Source: Eledone cirrhosa (taxonomy: Eukaryota). Taken from it: DNA of 64,000 bases. Every line of letters begins with the position of its first letter. Positions within the stretch are counted from its first letter, which is position 1. The stretch spans positions 1 to 64,000 of the forward strand of contig CAXHJY010001547.1 in NCBI GenBank assembly GCA_964016885.1, in the 5' to 3' direction. The notes below the pieces were generated by a model. The model saw only the letters and a program-made list of their open reading frames with translations, was not told the DNA's origin and made no database searches. Positions 25,412-39,949 of this stretch are shown here, one piece after another. The position numbers were made by a program, and so were the translations under genes.

Positions 25412-25809
25412 CATGGTTGAATAAGCTATCATTCGTATCACCTGTGAGAGTCAACTATATGACTTCTGTTTGTGTTCCACTTGTGATCAATGGAACACAA
25501 CCTGTCTGTGAAATTATCATGCAAGGGGATGGATATTTCACAGTGATATGTATCCTTAGTGTAGTTCTGAGGAAGATTCAGCATGACACAGCGTGTGACA
25601 TGGCTCACCCTTTGAATTACAGGTACATTTGTGCAGGTGTGTGTATATATAAATTATAATACACACACAGATACTCTCACACACACATACATGCATACAT
25701 ACACACACACATACATGCATACATACACACACACATATATATAAGCGAAAACCAACCAAACAGTGAGTGTGTTCTGTTATTATTTCTGGCAATATTATTA
25801 CAATAGCTT

Positions 25810-26007
25810 GGTGGTGAATTGGCAGTATCGGTAGAGGGTCGGACATACTTTCCAGCGTAGTTACGTCCCTTTACGATCTGAGTTCAAATCCCGCAAAGGT
25901 TAACTTTGCCTTTCATCCTTACAGAGTCGATAAAATGAAGTACCAGTACTTTACTAATAATATACTGGGTAATGGCTGCCCTTGTGCCAAAAGTAGAAAC
26001 AATTATT
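25810..26007 (+). mobile_element. SINE family A
   Basis: GGTGGTGAATTGGCAGTATCGG...GAGTTCAAATCCC...GTAGAAACAATTATT. Confidence 0.85.
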
Positions 26008-26162
26008 ACAATAATATAACCCTCCCAAGTATAACAATATTTGTTTCGATACACGATTTCATATCAAAAACCTTGTAAAACAAATTCATCTATATATCTC
26101 TCTCTCTCTATATATATATATAGTTATGTAATAAACAGAAGTCATTCTTTTCTTTTTTTTTT

Positions 26163-26200
<38 letters not shown>

Positions 26201-26512
26201 CACACACACATACGCATATACATGAATTAAAGCTAATTTTTTCCAGCTGAATGGAATGAAACACAGCTTGTGAAATGAAGTGTCTTGCTTAAGGATACAA
26301 TGTAGCGCCTGACACAGGAATTGAACTCACAACTTCATAATTGTGTGGTGACCACCCTAACCACTGAGCCACATAGCTCCTCTGTAGACATATTTTATCA
26401 CTGACATCAATGAGAATGACTATAATACTAAACTTTGGTGAAATCTTCATCACTAAATAAGTAATTATATTGATCAGCTTCACAGTAATAGGCAGGGACA
26501 TATAAATAGGGA

Positions 26513-26594
<82 letters not shown>

Positions 26595-26932
26595 TTTCGT
26601 GTGTGCATATTTATATATATATATATAAGAAAAGGGAAGTAAGGTTCTATACAAAACAGTGGATATAGATATATACTTTATATATATATATGTAAACGTC
26701 AAACAGAAATAACAACACAATCAGTACATTACATGGAAGGTATATATTAGGTTAATGCTTGATATAGCAGGAAGTATATATCATAAAACTTTAAAAAAAG
26801 AATTGTCCCTCTCATATTTTCAATTATATTATCTTTTCAATAATATCACTTTGACGAATCAAAGAAAGGATAAAAATAGAAATACAGACCCTTTAATATA
26901 TTTTCCGTGCTATTTCCAACTTCACTTTCTCT

Positions 26933-27044
<112 letters not shown>

Positions 27045-27110
27045 CCGATGCTAGCGTGGAAAGTGGACGTTAAATGATGATGATGATATATATGTGTGTG
27101 TGTATGTGTA

Positions 27111-27191
<81 letters not shown>

Positions 27192-27393
27192 TTAGTTATA
27201 CTATTTATGGTTATGTAAATACAAAACCTTAAGCAGTTGTAAGTATTTTACACACACCCTAAATAGTGGTAGGCAGTAATGTATTACTACCTTATTACCA
27301 GTAAGTTAAGTAGCTCAATGTAAAAACATCAGATGATTTACAGAGCAGTTATATGAAATATAAGAATCAAAGAACTGTTCAAAACATTATTGT

Positions 27394-27438
27394 GCTTACA
27401 GCTGTTTCCTCCAAACCGAGGTTTGGATTCTTCGGAGC
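27394..27438 (-). ncRNA. Type I hammerhead (CCGAAGA variant) in the PLE 3' pLTR
   Basis: GCT CCGAAGA A TCCAAAC CTCG GTTTGGA G GAAAC AGCT GTA AGC. Confidence 0.8.
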
Positions 27439-28872
27439 AATTTATTAATGCATGGACAGTTATATGACCTCATTTTCAGCCGAGAGACATACCAATACAT
27501 ATTCAAACATTGATACATATTCAAACATTGTGGGTCAACATTCATTACAGAATTTAGAGTGGCAGTACACACTTCGAGATTACATTTATATTAATAGGTA
27601 CAATCAAAAATCAAAAATCAAAAATCAAAGATATAGGTTAAAGTACAACATGAAGATAAGTGGTTATATAGTGCAAATGTTATATGTGTAGCACGCATGT
27701 GCGTCTTGTTTATATAGTGTGGCAGAGAGATATGTGTGGTAGAGGCACTTAGGTAGGTAAATAAGAGTGTTAGGTTGGTAGATCTGGTGGCAAAATCTTT
27801 ATATGATTGATATAGTCTGTGTGTGGAGAAATATTATAAGCATTAAAGATAGTGCAAGCATTAAAAGTGTTATAAGTATTGGAGATGCACAGCGCAGGGA
27901 TGTCAAGTAATTCATGTACTTCGGCATTTTCATGGTCAAGGGAGTGTATATTTCGATTATATGCCTTTCACATAATCCACGACAATCCAGTTAGAGATCG
28001 TAGTCTGGTGTTCTTTAGTTCGATACAGGAGGTTGTTACGTTTCGAGAAACGCCATTGAATACCGGAAGTGTGTGTGTGGCTAAGGGGAGTTAATGCATG
28101 CGGGGAGGTAACTCTGGGGTTTCTATATCTAGCCATTAAAATGTGTCCCAATATAGACCCTAAATTCTATGGTGAAGTGCACCTTCCAAGAGAGACTTTT
28201 AAAGCATAAAGTGTATTAACTATAGAGTAGTTTAACTAAGTTATGCTGAAGGTGATCATATTATTATGGTGGATTAACCCATCTTAAGGTGCTACAAATG
28301 GAAATTATAGATGATGAGCGAGGATTCTAAATTAATGATCTCTGTGGTTGTAGTCTGCTCATATGACCAGGCGCGGTGATTGCAGGATTGCTTCAGGACC
28401 CAATGATCTCTGGTAAGATCTGGGTCATCGCTTGCTACATTGGATGTCGAAAGATAATCGTCCCCAGGCAGGCCAAAGGTCAATCCGCAGTCCTCGCGAC
28501 CCCTCTCTGACCGTCAGATCATCCATATACGTACAACCCGCACGGCAGTTGCATTGCATTCACTCACTGCGCTCAGCAGCCCGGTCCTACTGGTCAACAG
28601 CGCTACTCGATTAAATCATTTTACATCTGTCTAAGGAAGGTGTTTCCTCTGCCCAACACCATCCAACCGATCAATTCATGCTCAAATTACCCTTAGAGCG
28701 GTGTAGTGCCGTTCAAGTGGGTGGATGTTGTCACACCTGCCGTAGAGGTATAAATGAGTATTTTCCCTGCGAAGGGTTCCAGAGGGATGTCGTTGTTTGT
28801 GTTATAATGGATCAGCTAGTGTTGGGTATGTAGTATAGGGTGTGTCTCTGGTGTTTGATGCTAGATGTGGTG

Positions 28873-30033
28873 TTAGGTTCCAGTCCGACATTGCCATATA
28901 TTGGGCTTAAAGTTTTGGAAGGAATGTCTGAGGCGGTGCTGGCAAGTTGCAAACACCTCAGATTTTTTGTTAAGTAGGTTACGGTTGGAGAAGATAATAT
29001 TGTGTGTCTCTAGTATACAGAGGTTACAGAATTTATTAGGTGGTTTGTACGAGGTCGCGCTGCCTATCACTTCCCATTTGAGTGTGTATGGTTTATTTTT
29101 AGATTTTAGATAGTGTATGTAGCTAGAAAGTGAGGTGGAGTTGGCTAGGCTGTGCTTTTTGAACGAGTGGATGTGCGAGTTATATCTGATTTTGAAGCAG
29201 TTAGAAGTGGAGCCTACATAGGTTTCTGAAGAGTTATTAGTCGTGACTGTGCATGAGTATATGACATCCTTGGTTAGGCATTTTTTATCTAAAGGGCAGG
29301 TTCTATTAGCTCTACAGTTACAATTATCCTGTGCGTTAGTCCGCTGGTTATAATGCAATGCGGAAGTCTGTGTGGTGGATATAGGATTTTGGGTGTTCGG
29401 GTTGACAACCCTGGTGTTATTACTTATACTAGTGTTATTTCTATTGTTACTGCCGTTGCTATGGTTGCTTGCTACAGTGGTATTTAGAGGGTTTGCATCC
29501 CGTTGTGATTTTGTTTGTTGGAAGTAAGAACTAATTTTACTATTATTGCTGCTAGCTATGTGGTATGCTAAGTTAGGCGTCGTAGAGTATGAGATTTTAA
29601 TGGTGTTTTTGTTTAAGAGGTTGTGGTACTTGTGTCCTAGAGGGAAGTTTTTATCTAGTAGTGAGAAGAAAGCCCTAGGTATGTTGGTGGAGACATTTAG
29701 GTTGAAAGGAGGGTTGAAAAATGTATTATTTCTTCTTCTATTTTTGCTTTTAGTGTTTGGTGTGTTGCTTCCTCCTAAGGCCCCACAGTAGTTTCCATGG
29801 TAATGGTTACTTCCGGTGGCACCCTCCGCTTTGGTGTACTTGTGGTTGCTATTCCTATTATTAGATTTCCTCATGGACATGTTGTGCGAGATGATGTTGT
29901 AGCTATGTGTTTTCTTAGGTAGGAACTCAATTTCTATATTATGGCCGGAGCTAACTAATGCTTGATTGTAATATTGTGAGTTTTTGCTAAATATGTTTGC
30001 GTCATAGGACAGACTAGAGATTCTATTGGACAC
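28873..30033 (-). pseudogene. PLE thumb/linker plus GIY-YIG endonuclease
   Basis: FFNPPF, IKISYST, CNCR...CPL...CL, VIYSCTV...YVGST...FKIRY, CNLC..E, CQH. Confidence 0.88.
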
Positions 30034-30076
30034 CCCCTTAGAGATAGAGTTTAATATTGATCTAGGGTGATCTTAT

Positions 30077-31201
30077 TTACGTAGATACTACGTAAATAAG
30101 TTTCTCATTAGGCTTATGGAAAGGTGTATATATTTTTGAGTCTAGGTATAGTGTGGCGTCTAGGAAGTTAACATTTTTAGTGTTTTTGTCCATGGTGATA
30201 CTAAGGTTAAAGTTTTTGAATGTCTTATGCAGTTTTTTTCTAGTTCTTTCTATATTAAATTTTTTATATTCTATGAGTAGAAGTGCATCATCGCAGTACA
30301 AACCACCGTTGAGGTAAGGGAGGTCTTTATGGATTTCATTGAGGAGGTATAGGCCGACCAAATCAGTGACCTGCGCCGAGTCACTAGATCCCATGGTTAT
30401 GTCGAAGTTGTGCGTATCCTTGCGTGTCCATAGTTGGTCCTCGAAGGTGATTATGGTTTTACGGGCCGCAAGGATGACATCAACCTGGGCTCTAGTCAGG
30501 TCGCTATTGGTCATGGCCATGATAAGTGCCTTATTTAATAGGATAGGGGAAATAGAGGTGTAGTATGAATTGATATCAAATTGAATAAATTTTTTGTTCT
30601 TATTATTCTTGATATCCTTGAACCATTCAATTACTTCACCCGTATTTCTCCATTGTTTAAGGTGTATCTTGTGTTTAATTTGTGGGATGATTTTATCCAA
30701 AATCTTCTTGCTGATAATACCAATGTCGGACTTGGAAGGGCAGATAAGTCTTATCGTGGGGTTGCTGATGAAGTTCTCCTTATGGTCCTTCAGAGAGAAT
30801 CTAGGGGGGTTCGGAGTGAAAGGTTGTGTATGCCTCTGTAGTCCTAGTTTAGACACTATATTATAACCCTCTACATTAATATCTTCTAAGTTTTTCAAGG
30901 TGGTTTTTTTGTAGCTTTTATGTAGTTCATTATATATAAACTTTCTATAAGTAATATAATCTAGGCTGTATATGTTATTAGTTTTATCTGCGTGTACAAT
31001 AATTTTATTACTAGTTTTGAATCCATTAATAGAAGTGTTAAGTTTGTTTAAGAAGGTGTTGCTTCTAATATGGTGCTTATTGTATTTAATGTTCTTAACT
31101 AGTTTAACTAGGTCATTTTCAAAGGAGTTAAGTAGAGTGTTATGAGGGGGGCTTTTAAAGGTTTTAAAGCCGAAGGAGTCAAAATTGTTAGTATTATTCA
31201 A
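30077..31201 (-). pseudogene. PLE reverse transcriptase (frameshifted into 28873-30033)
   Basis: [64 protein letters not shown]. Confidence 0.88.
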
Positions 31202-31233
31202 GTTGTTAGATTTGTTTCTATCATAATGGATAT

Positions 31234-31733
<500 letters not shown>

Positions 31734-31734
<1 letters not shown>

Positions 31735-34700
31735 GAGCCCACCACTCTCCACCCCTCCCTCGACCCACACCCCTACCCAATCTCCACCCTCCACCTCACC
31801 CCTCACCACACCCTGCCTTCCCCCCTCACACACCCAAACCCCACCACTTGTTGTCACCATACCCCCTGACTTCCCTCTCTCCGCACCTGAGCGCGCACTC
31901 CTTAGTAGAGGCCTTCGCTTCATACCCCACACTCCGCACAGCGACGAGTTCCGCACCCGAACGGAAGTCGAGCGATTCGTGCGACGCACGAAGCTACAGG
32001 CACATTTCGGCCGAACGCCACCGGCTACGAACGCCCCAGACACGTTTCTCGCCCTGGGCCGACGACCATCTTCTTGGACGCCGGCCCCAGGGCAATTTAG
32101 CACCCTGGACGCGTTCGTCGATGCCAGCCGTAGCGCCGTAAATCGTTTCGACTTCCGCCACCGTTCCAAACGGAATAACATCTCACGGGGCGAACTCCTC
32201 GCTCTCCGCTCCCTCCGTAGCCGAGATAACATCGTCATCAAACCGGCGGACAAGGGAGGTGCCGTGGTGGTGTGGCGCGCGGACCTCTACACGGCCGAAG
32301 CCCTCAGGCAGCTCCGTAACCCCCTCTTCTACCGCCCTCTACCCTCCGATCCCACACCCTCTACCAACAACAAGTTTCCTCCACCATCCAACACCTTGTC
32401 TCCTCCTTCCCACCTCATCGTCCGCACCCCCCGCACCCCCACCATCTACTTCCTCCCCAAACTCCACAAACCCGACAACCCCGGCCGCCCCATCTTCTCC
32501 GCTTGGAACTGCCCCACCGAACTCATCTCTGCCTTTCTCGACTCCATCCTCGCCCCCCTTGTCACCACCCTCCCCTCCCACATCTCCGACATCAACCACG
32601 CCCTGCGCCTTTTCGACTCCTTCACCTACCCTCCCGGCCCACAGCCCTTCCTCTTCACCCTAGACATCAAGTCACTCTATACCGTCATCCCCCACGCCGA
32701 CGGCCTACGCGCCCTCAAACACTACCTCGACCTTCGGCCCTCCCCCATTCCCTCCACCCCACCCTCCTTCGCCTCGCCGAGCTGGTCCTCACCCTCAACT
32801 GTTTCTCCTTCTCGGGTTAGTTTTACCAACAGGTCACGGGGGTAGCCATGGGTACAAGAATGGGCCCAAACTATGCCAACCTTTTTGTTGGCCATGTTGA
32901 GGCCCAAATCTTTGCCCAGTACACCGGCCCCACGCCCGAACTGTACGGTCGTTACATCGACGACTGTATCGGAGCCACGACCATCACCAGAGAACAGCTC
33001 GACTCCTTTCTCTCCTTCTTCTGCTCCTTCCACCCCTCGCCCCACTTCACCACCTCTATCTCCACCACCCACGTCCACTTCTTAGACATCTCCGTCGCCT
33101 TCGACCCCTCCCACCACTCCCTCGTCACCTCCGCCTTCTTCAAACCCACCGACTCCCACTCTTACCTCGACTTCACCTCTTCCCACCCCACCCACACTAA
33201 ACACTCTATTCCCTACTCCCAACTCCTCAGGATCCGCCGCCTCTGTAGCCGAGATGCCGACTTTGAGTCCCAGGCCCTTTCCCTAGTCAGCCATTTCATC
33301 CGCAGAGGTTACCCTCCCTCTCGTCCACACCGCTCTCACCCGCGCCCGTGCTGTCCACCGCTCCACCACCCTCACCCCACGCCACCGCAAACCCACCCAC
33401 CGTCTCCCCTTCCTCATCACCTACCACCCCTCCACCTTTCCCCTCCACCGCACCATACCCCTCCACCGCACCATCCTCCGCCTCTTCCGACGCCTCCAGT
33501 CCGACCCCTCCACCTCCCACATCTTCCCAGCCCCACCACTCCCCTCCTTCAAACGCGCACGCAATCTCCGCACCCTCCTCGTCCACAGCTCCCTACCCCC
33601 CAACCCACGATCTCTTTCCCCCCCCGGTTCCTTTCCCTGTTCTAGGCCCCGCTGCAACACCTGTCCCCACATCACCAACACCACCACCTTCCAGGGTCCC
33701 AACGGCCACTCTCTCTCTGTCCGGTATGCCTTCCGCTGCACCTCCTCCAACCTAGTCTACGGAATTCGCTGCACGGAGTGCAGCGCGACTTACGTCGGAC
33801 AGACTGGACGTCGCCTGGCGGACAGATTTACTGAGAACCTCCGGGATATTCGTCTCGGTGGTAGTTCCCCCATCGCCCGCCACTTTGGTGCCCCTGGACA
33901 TTCCGCACGCCATCTCACAGTCTGTGGCCTACTCCAATGCCACGGAACACCCGCCAATCTCCTAAGAGTCGAACAACGAACCATCTTCATCTTACAGACC
34001 CACACTCCCCCCGGCCTGAACTCCCCAGCCTTATTCCTTTAGCCTTCGACCGCCCCCTCCTCCCACACATATCCCCCACTAACACCACTAACACACCCCT
34101 CCTTTTCACCGCCCACCCCACAACTAACAATACTAACACCTCCACCCCACATCCGACCACTCTTCTCCAACTAACATACTAACATCCCTCCCTTCTTCTC
34201 CTCCCCCCTCCTTATCACACGCACACACCCACCGGTACATATATACACGCGCTCACACTAAACACACACCCTACTACCACCACTAACCCTCACCCCCATA
34301 CATCCACCCCACCAACCCGCAACTAACATCACTAACACCCCCTGACCCCAAGCACACGAACACACACACCCACTTACACCACCCACCCTACACGCAACTA
34401 ACATCACTAACACCCCCAACCCTACGCACACGTACACACACACCCTCTTACACACCCACTCTACACACCCTACCACCACTGACCCCCACTCACACCCGCA
34501 TTCAACCCTTTCTCCATCTCCTGTATACTAACACCCACTAACACCCCCTTCACCACACACACACACCAGTACACTACACTCCCTCCATCGGCCCCCACAC
34601 CCTTCTCTCTCCGCCCCACCCACACCCTTTCTCAAACACTCACTCATCCCACTAATACCCCTACTAATACACCCCCACCCCTCCTCACTCCAATTTTCAC

Positions 34701-35224
34701 ACCTACCCATCCTCTCCCCTGTCCACCGCACACACTGACACACCTTCACTTACCATTCTACCCTACTGCTGCTATGCCCTCTGACCACCTCCCCGCACAC
34801 ACAGACACACAACACTCCTCCTGCCTTGACCCTCTGACCACTTCCTGTTGCGCGCGCACCCCACATCTCCCCTCTTCCGACCAATCTCTTCACGGATTAC
34901 ACATATGTGAACCTTGATCCCGAGAATCCACCGCATCCAAGGATTTTACTCAGCATTCCACCACATCTTTTTACGGAATTACCTTTATGACTCACCCCAA
35001 ACACACACCCCCAAAAATTTTTTTTCCCACACGCCACCTACATCCACAACACGCATAAACACCACACACACACGTGCGTACCACCACATATTTACACATA
35101 CAGCCTCCGGAATCCTCTCCCCCACCCCTCTATCCACACACGCACACGCACTCCGACCTACACCCCACCCCACACACACCTCTTCCAGAACATGCAACCC
35201 CGTTCTTCCCCCAACCCTTGCTTT

Positions 35225-35257
<33 letters not shown>

Positions 35258-35639
35258 GTACACCTACACACACACACGTACACCTACACACACACACCAC
35301 CTTCAGCCCTCCCCGCTCGGACACCACGTCTCCCTCTTCCCACTCCACCCGCCACCACCCCTACACGCCCCACGTCCTTCCACCACCTGTTTTACCCCAT
35401 TTTAATTTAATTTTGATCATGCCTTTATTTTTAATTTCATTTGCACCGTTTCCTCTCACCCCCTTTTTGCTATATGTCTCCCCCCCTACACACCCTTTGA
35501 ACTCTCTTCCCACACACTTTTCACCTGAAGAAGGGCTTATTCCCGAAACGTCGTTCCCCACCACCACCCCACTCTCAAGAGCGTGAAATTAATAAACCTT
35601 TGTTTGTACTGCCTCTCTGTTTTGTTCCCGTTTAATTTT

Positions 35640-35643
<4 letters not shown>
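31734..35643 (+). mobile_element. Penelope-like element (Neptune-like), frameshifted, in (TA)n
   Basis: LLSRGLRFIP, IVIKPADKGGAVVV, YFLPKLHK..NPGRPI, LDIKSLYT, AMGTRMGPNYANLF, RYIDD, FLD, C..RCNTC linker, NLVYGIRCTECSATYVGQT. HHR at 35523-35554. Confidence 0.9.
35523..35554 (+). ncRNA. Minimal PLE hammerhead
   Basis: AC CTGAAGA A GGG CTTATT CCC GAAAC GTC GT, with AATAAA downstream. Confidence 0.65.
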
Positions 35644-35721
<78 letters not shown>

Positions 35722-35740
35722 ATCATCATTTTTAAGTGTA

Positions 35741-35772
<32 letters not shown>

Positions 35773-35945
35773 GTGAGGTTTTTTTTACAAAATGAAAAAT
35801 AACCGAGGTGTCCTACACGAGTGAAAGTATAAAGAAAAAAAGATGAAATCGAAAATGCAACTGGAGTCTATATATATTTATTTGGCTCCTTTACCGGTTT
35901 CGCAGTTCTTCTGCTTTTCACAAGTAGAGTTTTTCTCACATCTGG

Positions 35946-36002
<57 letters not shown>

Positions 36003-36030
36003 CACACACACATATATATATATATATATA

Positions 36031-36112
<82 letters not shown>

Positions 36113-36117
<5 letters not shown>

Positions 36118-36475
36118 GACGTGCAATGTCAATGTGCGTGAACGACCCAGCATGAATGTGTTGAGAGAGAAACTGTGTCTGAGAGGGATAGAATGTAGTG
36201 TACGGGAGAGGAGGCTGAGGTGGTATGGAAATGTGATGCGCATGGAGGATGACCGATGGGTGAAGAAGTGCCAGTAAATGCCAGTTGAAGGAAGACGTGG
36301 TAGAGGTAGACCACGAAAAACATGGACGGAGGTGGTGAGAACAGACCTCAGATCGCTGAAGCTCACGGTGGAGATGACAAAAGACCGTGACAAGTGGAGA
36401 GAAGCTGTGCTGAATAAGACCCATCCTACTCTTGCAAGCAGGGAAAAGCGGTCGTAAAATGATGATGATGATGAT
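36113..36475 (+). mobile_element. RTE LINE 3' fragment with (GAT)n tail
   Basis: [37 protein letters not shown]...[12 protein letters not shown]. Confidence 0.82.
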
Positions 36476-37321
36476 AATGATGGAGACTAGAAATGGCTGT
36501 GTAGTTGCTATTTAAGGTAACTTAAAATGCGGTGGGAATACGAAGAAAGCAAGAACGGGGGGCGGGGGGTCTTCATCAGTTGTCTACTGGGATTCCCCGA
36601 TATTTCTACGCTTTAAAGACAATATATCTCGCCCCAGGGCGTCAATAACTGGATAAGTTATTGGGAAAGCGGAGAAGGGAGGGAAGGAAAACAAACGAGA
36701 AGAAAAGAGAAAACAGTGAAAAAACATTAACCGTTGAAAAAACTACCTGTTGAACAACTATAGTCCATGAATAAGAATGCAATAAGACTAATTTACAATC
36801 CATTGTTTTAACTAACTTAAAACATTAACTAAAATATAATTCAACATATGTAATGGAAAAGACTGCAATAACTTTGTTTTTCTCAACACACAGAAATTCA
36901 AACACTATCAACATACTACATCCACCATAGATTTTAATACATTAACATATTTGCTTAACATACAGTATTTATTTATCTATATATGCATAATACCTTTGCC
37001 TATTTCCTTCTCATATATATGACTAACGCATGTGCACTTTCTACACGCTTGCATATGTATTGCTAATGTACTCTTTCGTTTTCAATGCTCCTTTCTCAAT
37101 GCCTCTTTAATTATTAGACTATTCTCTTGTATTTTCTGTTGCATGTATTCCACTCTCTGCTTTTAATTTGAATTTGAATTTTTGTACAATTCTCGTAAAA
37201 TATATGTCGCATCCATTACACCCTGTAAATACGAAACTGTTGCTCACAACACCAATATATATGTATCTATATGATTGTTCAGTTGAATAGGAGGTTAATT
37301 ACGTGTACAAACATTGATAAT

Positions 37322-37365
37322 GCTCCGATGAATCAAATGAGAGTTTGGAAGAAACGATTGTCAGC
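37322..37365 (+). ncRNA. Type I hammerhead (CCGATGA variant)
   Basis: GCT CCGATGA A TCAAA TGAGAG TTTGG AA GAAAC GATT GTC AGC. Confidence 0.7.
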
Positions 37366-37449
37366 TATTAAATGATTTGAACACAACTTTGATAATTGTC
37401 TAATTTATTTATTTATTATATATATATATATATACATTAAGATTTATAG

Positions 37450-37482
<33 letters not shown>

Positions 37483-37493
37483 CATATAATAAA

Positions 37494-37888
37494 GGCGCAT
37501 GACTTAGTGGTTAGAGCATTGGGCTTGCAATCGAAAGGTTGTGAGTTCAATTCTCGGACTGGGTGACGTGTTGTTTCCTTGAACAAGACACTTTATTTCA
37601 CATTGCTCCAGTTTACTCAGCTGTAGAAATAAGATGATAGGGACTGGAGTCCCTATCATTCAACTGTAAAGTGGATGTGTAGGCGCCACAGCAAAAAAGC
37701 ACCCAGCACTCACTGTAAATGAGGTTGATGTTAGGAAGGGCATCCAGCTGTAGAAATCAAGCCAGAATCAGTTCCTGTATGAGCAAGACAAGGTCAGCCG
37801 ACCGGACACTGTCCGCAACAGGACAATGCATCTAACCCATGCTAGCGTGAAAGAGCCAACGTAAAACGGTGATGATGATGATGATGAT
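37494..37888 (+). mobile_element. tRNA-headed SINE (family B head) joined to an RTE-type tail
   Basis: GGCGCATGACTTAGTGGTTAGAGC...GAGTTCAATTCTC, TCCTTGAACAAGACACTT, and a 3' part matching 19700-19928. Confidence 0.7.
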
Positions 37889-38260
37889 ATGTACTTATAT
37901 ATATATATATATACATGGTGGTGGTGGTGGTAGTGGTGGTGGTAGTGGTGGTGGTGGGGGTGATGGTGGTGATAGTGGTGGTGGTGTTGATGGTGGTGGT
38001 GGTGGTGATGGTGGTGGTGGTGGTGGTGGTTGTAGTGGTGGTGATGGAGGTGGTGGTGATGGGTGGTGGTGTTTGGAGATGGTGGTGGTGATGATGGTGA
38101 TGGTGGTGGTGGTTGTGGTTGTGGTGGTGGTGGTGCTGAAGGTGATGATATTGATGCTGATGATGGCGATTGTGATGGTGATGGTGATGGTGATGATGAT
38201 GAGTGTTAAAGCGTCCGTATCCGGTGAGCACTCGATGCCCTGGTGGAGCAGAGTATGATA

Positions 38261-38454
38261 TCACAGAAAAAAGAGAATCAGTGTTGCGACGAAAGGAAAA
38301 TCTGCTTCGTAGAATCGAGACGTATCCGACGACAGAGAGATTTCAGAGTCAGGTGTGATCAACATATCGATCGTGCCTCGAGCTGGTCGCCCGAGAAACA
38401 TTTGTAATATGTCCAATAAATTCCTTTCGTCGCAACACTGATTCTCTTTTTTCT

Positions 38455-38458
<4 letters not shown>
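38261..38458. mobile_element. MITE with ~38-bp perfect TIRs
   Basis: TCACAGAAAAAAGAGAATCAGTGTTGCGACGAAAGGAA and its reverse complement at 38421-38458; TA-flanked. Confidence 0.85.
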
Positions 38459-38493
<35 letters not shown>

Positions 38494-38613
38494 CAAAGAG
38501 GGTGTGGTAAGACACCAGGTGTACCAGAGTACTCAATACTTAGAGTACTAGAGTGGGTAATAGAAAAAGAGAGAGAGTAGTGTTATTAATAGGAAGCATT
38601 ATTATTTTGAAAT

Positions 38614-38808
38614 AGGGCGGTGAATTAGCAGTATCGGTAGAGGGTCGGACGCCATACCTTCCAGTATAGAGTTACGCCTCTTTATGGTCTGAGTTGAAAT
38701 CTCGCAGAGATTAACTTTGCCTTTCATCCTTACGAGGTTGATAAAATAAAGTACCAGTAATGAACTGGGATAATTGCTGGCCTTGTGCCAATAGTAGAAA
38801 CAATTATT
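38614..38808 (+). mobile_element. SINE family A (full length)
   Basis: GGGCGGTGAATTAGCAGTATCGG...GTAGAAACAATTATT. Confidence 0.85.
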
Positions 38809-39127
38809 GTATGTCGTAAATGACCGTTAAGTTTGCTTTCTTTAAAGCCGGTACAATGTGGTAGCAAATACGAAGGGCAAATGAGGGTAAATGAAGGATA
38901 AGAAAGTAATGTTCTTGCCAGTGTATTATGCCATGATATTTCAGGGTTATAACCCTCTTGTCAGATGTGAAGCTGAAACAGTTCAAGATAAAACAAACTT
39001 TTCTTCTGCAACAGTTGCAATATGAAAATGTAGAGAATTGAATAAAATCTAGGTCACATGAATAAAAAACAAAATATATGACGAGCCCACTGGGTGCATG
39101 CTAGATTGTCTGTGTTAGTTAAATACA

Positions 39128-39498
39128 GTGTAGAGTGGTATATAGTGTGGTATATAGTGTAGTGTGGTATATGGTGTAGAGTGGTATATAATTGTTTCTA
39201 CTTTAAAATGTGAGCAAAAAGCTAACAGTACTATTATACATATATATATATATATACTATATAATGTAGAGTGGTATATAGTGTGGTGTATAGTGTGGTA
39301 TATAGTGTGGTATATTGTGTGGTATATAGTGTGGTATATAGTGTGGTATATAGTGTGGTATATAGTGTAGTATATAGTGTGGTATATTGTGTGGTATATA
39401 GTGTAGTACATAGTGTGGTATATAGTGTGGTATATAGTGTAGTGTGGTATATAGTGTGGTATATGCTGTGGTATATAGTGTGGTATATAGTGTAGTGT
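39128..39498. repeat. 12-bp minisatellite (TATAGTGTGGTA)n
   Basis: Direct tandem repetition, interrupted at ~39190-39260. Confidence 0.9.
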
Positions 39499-39640
39499 GT
39501 CTGATTGGTAGATTGTTAGTTGCGCAGAGTTCCAGAAATAGGCAGCATGCTGTTTGATATATTTTACACCCTATGTCACATACACACTGCTGTGATGAAA
39601 TGTATATATATATATATATATGTATATCTATCTATCTATA

Positions 39641-39762
<122 letters not shown>

Positions 39763-39831
39763 CTATCTATAAATGAAAGTAGAGAAATTAATTGTTTCTA
39801 CTTTAAAATGTGAGCAAAAAGCTAACAGTAC

Positions 39832-39949
<118 letters not shown>

